Assembly (NCBI GenBank): GCA_964019425.1
Contig: OZ025788.1
Span: 806,001 to 870,000, forward strand
DNA length: 64,000 nt
DNA from: Flectonema sp. DT1601
Taxonomy: Eukaryota
Direction: 5' to 3'
The number at the start of each line of letters is the position of its first letter. The stretch's first letter is position 1. Below are positions 56,701-64,000 of the stretch, piece after piece. Below the pieces are notes generated by a model that was not told the origin of the DNA, searched no databases, and saw only the letters and a program-made list of their open reading frames with translations. The position numbers and the translations under genes were made by a program.

Positions 56701-59700
56701 GTCGTGCCAAAATGCTATTTTTTCAGGCATCAGCATCTGTGTTGGGTTTTGTTAGTTTCTTGTTTAATACTTTGACAATGTAAAAACAGTAACAACTTTA
56801 CGCCCTATAATATCTCATACGTACTTTTAATTCAAAACAATTAAATAAATTCATACCTTAATATTCTGACCACGGAGTTCAGTGGCACTGTAGCCTGTAA
56901 GGTCACAGAGTGAATTAGAAAAGGAATCGAGAATTCCCATTGGGCTGACGATAAGTACAGGAGTAGGTGATATCTCAAATATTGCGTTTGATATCTCCAA
57001 AATACTCATCTTTCGCGATCGTTCAGTAAGATCGTTGATGTTGGCAGCGAAGAGCCTTCCTTGCAAAAAGTGAAACTCCGCAACTGATATTTCTATCGGA
57101 AACTCATCTCCAGAACTTGTTATCGCTGTTGAGAATCTAGTGCTCCCAATTACATGTTTGATACCAGTGCGTTTGTAAGCTTCTAGATATCCATCGTGAT
57201 TAGCTGCAACACGTTCAGGCATTAATACTTTAACGTTGTTTCCAATAACTTGCGCAGATTCATATCCCCAGGCCTCTAAGGCTGCTCTGTTAAGAGTTTT
57301 TAAGACTCCATTGCCATCCATAGTCACAACAGCAACAGGACAGATATTCGCAAAAGCATCGTTTGTCAGCGCTGATCGTAAAAGAGTTATTTCATTGGAA
57401 ATGTCAGTGAGGTATGCCATAAATATTATTTCTCCATCTTTTCCGACCAATTCATCAACTCGTAGTCGGATTGGAAACAGAGTTCCAGTTCCTTTCTTTG
57501 CTTGATTTACGATCGTCTTCCCAATAATATGACTTTTTTTTGTACTTAGGTACGTTGCAATGAATTCGTCGTGTTTAATTGCGATATCAGGTGGGAGAAG
57601 TTTCTTTACGTTGAGACCAATAACATCCTTCGGTTCAAGTTTGAATGCACCCTCAGCAGGCTTATTGTATAACGTCACAATACAATCGGATGTGATTGTA
57701 ATTACTGGTACGGGCGATAACTCAATAGATACAGCAAGCATTGTCTGTTTTGCTAACATATCGAAGTGGTCTGTTAAGTCCATAATAAAAGCGGTGTACA
57801 TTCTTTCCTCATCATCAACTCCCGAAAGTTCCCTGACATTGACATCAAGCTCAAGGACAGTACCATTTTTTCTAACTCCTTTTAGCTGAGACGTAGTTCC
57901 AATAACTTTTCTCTGACCAGTTACCAAGTACTGCTCTAAATAGGAGTCATGATGAACTGCAATATCCGGAGGTATTATAAATTTAATATTCTGACCAATA
58001 ACTTCATCAGGTTCATAATGAAATAACGAACATGCAGCTTTTGAAAACAATATAACATGACCTGTCTGATTAATACATATATTTGGATACGGATGGTTGT
58101 CAGATATTGTTTGTTGGATCGATTGCGCATGCTCGGTTTCAATATTTTCTGTTATGTCATGTGTAAATGCCAAGAAAAAAGAGCTTGTAGACATTCCTTC
58201 CTGAAGCTTTATCTCCTTTACGCAAAGCTCCATCTGAAATAAACTTCCGTTTTTCTTTAATCCCTTTATTTTTAGTATTTTGTCGATGACTTTTTTCACT
58301 CTAGTTTTAAGGTATGCCGCGATGTATCCATCGTGGTGTTTTCCAATTTCTTCCGGCATTAGCACAGAGACATTTTGGTTTAGGATTTCATCAGCCGACC
58401 AACCAAAACACTGTTCTGCTGCTTTATTAAAGGAAGTAATTGATGCGAGCGTGTCAATACACACAAGAGGTACTGGACTCATTTGTTGTGTAGCCTTATT
58501 AAGCCTTGTTGTTGCTTCCAATTCGATCTGCCGTGTTCTGTCTAAAATTGGTGATATAAAAGTAGGGGGCTCACCAGGGGTTTTGAATTCTCTGATCGAT
58601 AATTTTAATGGGAATTCGGTACCATCACGACGTAGTCCGTAGACATTTCTAACTTTTCCAACAACTTTTTTAATACCTGTTCGTAAGTAATCAGAAAGGA
58701 ATCTATTATGCTGTTGGGCATAGTCTTGCGGCATTAGCATCATTATGTTGTTTCCAATTACTTCGCTTTGTTGCCATCCCCAAACTGCTTCACCAGCCTG
58801 AGTGAATTTTATAACAGTCCCAAGATGATCAATGGCTACAATAGGTGTGGTTTGCATTTCGTTAACAGCTTCATTAATAGAATTCATAATATCACCGGCT
58901 TGGACTAATCCTAAATCTAAGAACTCTTGTATGGCGGGGACTTTTTCTCTGACTTCTGGAGGAACCATTTTTATCATTACTTTTGTACCAGATTCTTGTC
59001 TAACAAAGTCAGTGATAATTGACCTGAATACAAACACTATCTGACCTAATAAAACGATAGCTGTTAAACAGATCAACAGCGTGAACCAATTCCTCCATTC
59101 ATCAGCAACATCTTTAGCATCTGAATGATACTTAGCAGTTGATTCCATCAATCCAAAGAGAACTGGATCAGTGTATAAAGTTAGAACATTAAACTGTTGT
59201 TGTAGAGCACCTGATCCCGATAAGTGAAGCATATCACGTGCTGTTGCTACCCAATTATGAAGTGCAGAATCAATACCACTGAGCAGAAATGATGAACCAA
59301 CTTGTTGATTGAGACAAGCACGATTCTCATAACTTGAGTTTCTTGAAAATAACATATCAGGATCGGCAATTGGAGTGATTGCGCCATCACTTCTATCCTC
59401 TCCATAATATAGAATTCCTCTGATATGGTCTATTTCATCTAAGGCTACTTTCAATTCATCTTTATGAAATTGTTCTAAACCACGTTCTCCATATGCAAGG
59501 ACGGTTGCTCTTACTTGAGCGTTTGCAACCGACCATTCTCTTGCAGATGCGTCTTTTAGGTGTTCGGTTTGCTCCAGTGTTGCTGTAGCTGATAAATATT
59601 GCACCACATAGGTCCCTGACAACAGTAAAGCAATAACCGATAAGCAAATTTTTGATTTTATTGTGTGACCAGTGTCTGAGTCTAAGGCTGTGCCTGTAGT

Positions 59701-62700
59701 ATATCTCTTGGATACTTCGAGACTCAAAGTAAAAAATAAAAACACGAAGGTCATGTAACTAAGACATATAAAAGCTGCTCCATAAATAACTAACTGTACT
59801 TTGTTACGGGACATTTCGCGCATGTTTTGAACTTCATCTGAGAGTTTCTTGCTTTTCATTTTCAACAAGTCGACGAAGTGTTTAGTAACAGTGGCCGTGC
59901 GTAGAGTAAACAGTTGTGAAATGATAAGGCCTCTTGCGATGTCACCTTGACGTTCTGTAGGGAGAAGACTATCGTCTGCTGTGTTGGAGTACCAGCTGCT
60001 ATCTGCGTACTGCTCTCGTAGTGCTATAGATTCTGGTTCTTCTTCAATGTCCCAATTAATGTCAAAGTCTCTTAGAAGGCTATCAACAGCCCAAACAGTC
60101 GATGGTTGACCCAGTGACCACTGTTTTAGCGTTGCAGCTATCTGACATACATGAACAGTCTTTTGAACTTCTTCTTTAAGGGATGCAGCGATCTCACGAA
60201 ATCCTTCTTCTTCTTCAATTTTACCAAGTTCAACATCAAAATTAGCTTCACGAATATAACCAAACACGTAGGCATAGTCGTGAAGTCCGATAGTTACGAA
60301 CTCGTAAGTCTTTTCGATAGTTTTGCGAAATGATACTTGGATAGCACGCACGTCACCACCTGCCTCCAGTTTGCTCAGGGCGTTAGTATCCGTTATGTCA
60401 ACAGCAGTCGTTAATATTATAATTAAATGCGCTATAACACTGATATATGTTATTCCAAAGACAAATCGCAAGTGGGTTGCACTGAAGATTACCGGATCTC
60501 TGAGGCCTGACACCAATAGAAAAGTCAAAGTCAACAACAAGGCTGCTGAAACAATCATACATATAGTGGTATAGCTGAGTGAGTCTGCTTTTGTTTCTTT
60601 GTCAGTTTCGTCGTGCATGTTATCAATAATTTTAACAAATGTGTGTTCCAGTTCGTTCTCTAAATCATGATTTTTTACTATTTCCGATATCAATTTTTTC
60701 TTTTCAGTATCAGGCAGGTGCATGTCAGAGTAAGTACTGTTTAACGACAATGGGAAAAAATCTAAAACCGACTCAATACTCTCACCAGCATTCCATGTTA
60801 CAGTATCTATGCTTCCGGACACTGATGATTTAACGTTGTATATGGCTGCTGCTAGTTTGATTGCTATTAACTGAATCCTTAGAGTTCTACTGTCGAGAAC
60901 CATGAGTTCTTCGAAAAGGAACATAGCTGATATAGGTATACCGCCTTCTAGTAGTTTTCTTTTTTTATCTTTAAAGAAATTATTAAATGCGTAGTCAAGG
61001 AATCTGATATGAACATATGTCTCACCACTTTGAATGGCTTCTCGAAAATAATGTTTTCGGTTGTGAACGAAATCTTCAACGTCGGAAATGATTGCGAGGT
61101 TTTTTCTACTTTTAGAATAGCGTACTTCTACAGAGTCGTAGGTTATGGTCAGTACGAAGGTGACTATAACTAAACAGATTGCAAGAACAAATGAAATGCT
61201 CATAAAAGTTTTTGTAGGAAGTCCGACATGGAATTCCTGATCATCGTCCATCATATAGTCATCTTCCAATTCATCTCCAATTCCTGGATTTACTGTAGCT
61301 CCCTCAGTTTCACCCTCAGTTGTACTGTCATCATCCTCAGCTAATTCAACTTCTTGTTTAGTGTTGACGTTGTTTGAATTTTCCTCATTCGAATGATCTA
61401 AAACTTGCAATTTCGCCCTCGTCTTCTTTAGTAAGTCAACCAACTCTTCTCTCGGTATTAATGTGAAGAGGTTTAGAGCTCCAAGTCTCTTCTGTTCAAT
61501 GTCGTTAAAGTTTATAATCATGACACCGAAAATTAAAACAATTATCAGAATACAAGACACAAACATTATCGTACTGTAAACTACTGTAGTTTCAAGTTCA
61601 TGAGTAAGTTGTTCTTGTCGCAGTGTGAGAGAGTGATTCATCATTTCAGAAACGGGTTGAACATTATCGATCACCCATTTAAAGGTTAATATTCTTGCTG
61701 ACTCTGTTACCGGAGGTGAGATATCTACAAGCAATGATTTCAAAACAGAAACGACCTCGAATCCAACATTCCACAGAGATATTGGTTGTCTGCTACCAGC
61801 AACTTCACCAGCACCGGCTTTCTTTGGAAACGATATTTTTAAAAAAGACGTCGACTTCTCATAATATGTACTCAGCCGCTTATAAGATGACCATCCATTC
61901 CCAGCAGTGAGGTACTCGTGACTTGATAATAAATCATTTAAAGTTCTTCCTAAAGCACGTTGAACTGGTTCATCAATTATTCGAGCAGGAAGACTTGATG
62001 GCATTGCTAAGATGTCACCATCAGTATTATGAAATACTTCCGTCTTACACCACGGATCCTTTGAACAGAGTAGCATGGCGTATGAACTCGCATGGGTGGC
62101 AAGAGCGCGAGTAGATCCCGCTGCTTCGATTCCGTCAATTAACCGTTTTTGATGATCAATAGTGAGAGATTGAAATGTAAACAGTCCAACTACAAAAGCT
62201 GATAGTACTATTGATAATGCTGCAAAGGCACAGCGAACCTTTATTAAAGGATCCTTACCTCCCGTGGCACCCAAAGAGTTGTCTTGTTTGCCCTCACCTG
62301 CCTTTGCTGCTCGGGAAGTTTCAATACCTCGTTCTGTTTGATCACGCAAAGCCGTAGCAGCAGCTTCATCATGCATTACTTGGTCAAGAAACAGAGCATA
62401 TGATAAAACTACACTGTCATCTTGAGTTAAATGAAGAACTCTTTTAAATTCTTCGTCTGCCTGTTCTCGTTTCTTTGTGATTGCCTTTGTTATAACAGCA
62501 AGCTGTACAGTGTCAACTTGATTACACTGCAGCTTAGTCCAAAATGTTCCCATCTGACTTAAGACTTCTCTGTGTAATTTCTGAGCAGCTCTCCAAACTT
62601 TTACGTGACTGTTGTCCTTCATGCCGATTCCTTTTTTCAGAATTCCAGTTAGTTTGGTTGCGTGGTATCGAATTGCGAGTGATGTCTCAATTTTAGCAAT

Positions 62701-63999
62701 GCACTGATCAAGATGGTTATGTAGTGCGTAGTTCTTCATACTGCCACTACAATAGCAGCATGTGAAGTATGCTAACTGAAGAGGTATGATTCCACTCTTC
62801 TTGAAAATTATGAACCCACGAGATAATATTTTGGTACAGAAATCGATGGCTTCACGTGGAAGGGGTTCGTTGTTATTGGTACACTTCCTTATGTCTGCAA
62901 CAAATCTCGTTGCTAGTTCGCAGTCAGTTTCAAATATAACGCGATCAATTAACGAGACAGTAAAATTATAATTTATCGCTTCCGTATTTATTTGTTTCGG
63001 TTGTTCAAGACTGTGTGCTTCATTCTCAGTTGACTGAGCGATACCCTTCGGCCAGATGATGGGCGTGTCGGATGTTCTACCAGCCAACAAGTGAGCCTTA
63101 TAAGCAACAAACGTCCGACTTATTCTACACTCTGAAAGTACACTTGCAATAAATATTACGGGAAGTACACCAACACACAATATAACTAAGTCCATATAGA
63201 GGTCTGCATAAAAACCACCTGTTTCAGACAACAGAGGTACCAGCGACATCCAAGCTCCCAACAAGAATGATGTTGCCTTAAACTGCGTAACACCTTGTTT
63301 GTAGTAAGGCATTAAAAATGCGTAGCAAATAGAAACAAAAACACACATAAGCATATGGTATAGTGTGAACCAACGTGATTTGCCGGCACTCTCAAAAGTA
63401 TGATATAATACAATAGTGACAAAGCGATAAATCATATTTACTTTATCGCAGTGTGAATGGGCACGTGCCAGAATATGAGAACTACAGTACATTGAATCAA
63501 ACAGTGATGTGTTTACAACGAATGCGAAGCAGAATAACAACAAAGCTGCAAACCATGCACAGATTTTAAATACTAATCGGATGCCTGTACAGCTCTCTCC
63601 TGTAGACCAGAACTCATCATCTGCGTTACAAAAACCAAAATGCAACAACCAAGAAGTTATTGGTATGTACAACCATCCTGATAGAGAGTGGCAAAACACC
63701 TGCTTTGCAGCAACTGTCCAACCGGTTTGAATGCGAGAACTAGTTGACAGAATCCAACCTAAGTATAATCCTAAGAGTGCTGTAAACACCCAAAACACTG
63801 CAAGTGACGGGTAAAAACCAATATCGGCATGTTCATTATCCCAAAAAGGCAAGTGTGAAGAATACACCGCTAACGATAAAGGCTTTACTGCTCCACTGTA
63901 TGAGTTGTGAGGGTTTAATGCGAATCCCAGTACCTGTGATGTTTCAGCTAGTAATCCGAGTACTACTAACCTTCTGGGATATTGCATCTCTAACTTCAT
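53760..63999 (-). CDS. Giant polytopic membrane protein (TmcB/FXL-like) with 13 tandem FixL-type PAS domains; probably 5'-truncated by the window; introns 56737-56856, 56590-56661, 56415-56493
   Basis: Three GT-AG introns join the 2382-aa and 871-aa ORFs in frame (at least 3322 aa); repeated G.N...LMP.....HD.Y...Y..TG...V.G...G..K.G..FP motif. Confidence 0.88.
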
Positions 64000-64000
64000 T

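Overview
AT-rich eukaryotic nuclear DNA, most likely a diplonemid or other intron-containing euglenozoan. This is an inference from a Leishmania MPK10-type kinase, a BILBO1-type N-terminal domain, and about 26 protein genes all on the minus strand. Many genes are split by short GT-AG introns; I reconstructed 21 by hand, including a UEV1/MMS2 gene the ORF track misses. Highlights: (1) the last intron of RPL13 (1.1 kb) holds a tandemly duplicated polycistronic cluster of seven box C/D snoRNAs with guides to conserved LSU rRNA sites; (2) all cis-intron acceptors are A/C-rich while putative trans-splice acceptors are pyrimidine-rich; (3) a membrane protein of at least 3,300 aa carries 13 tandem FixL-like PAS domains and no visible output domain; (4) a lipoxygenase-fold protein has lost its iron ligands; (5) an 18S rRNA fragment sits in an intergenic region; (6) there is a candidate cluster of single-hairpin AGA-box guide RNAs. 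All calls come from reading the sequence; no searches were run.
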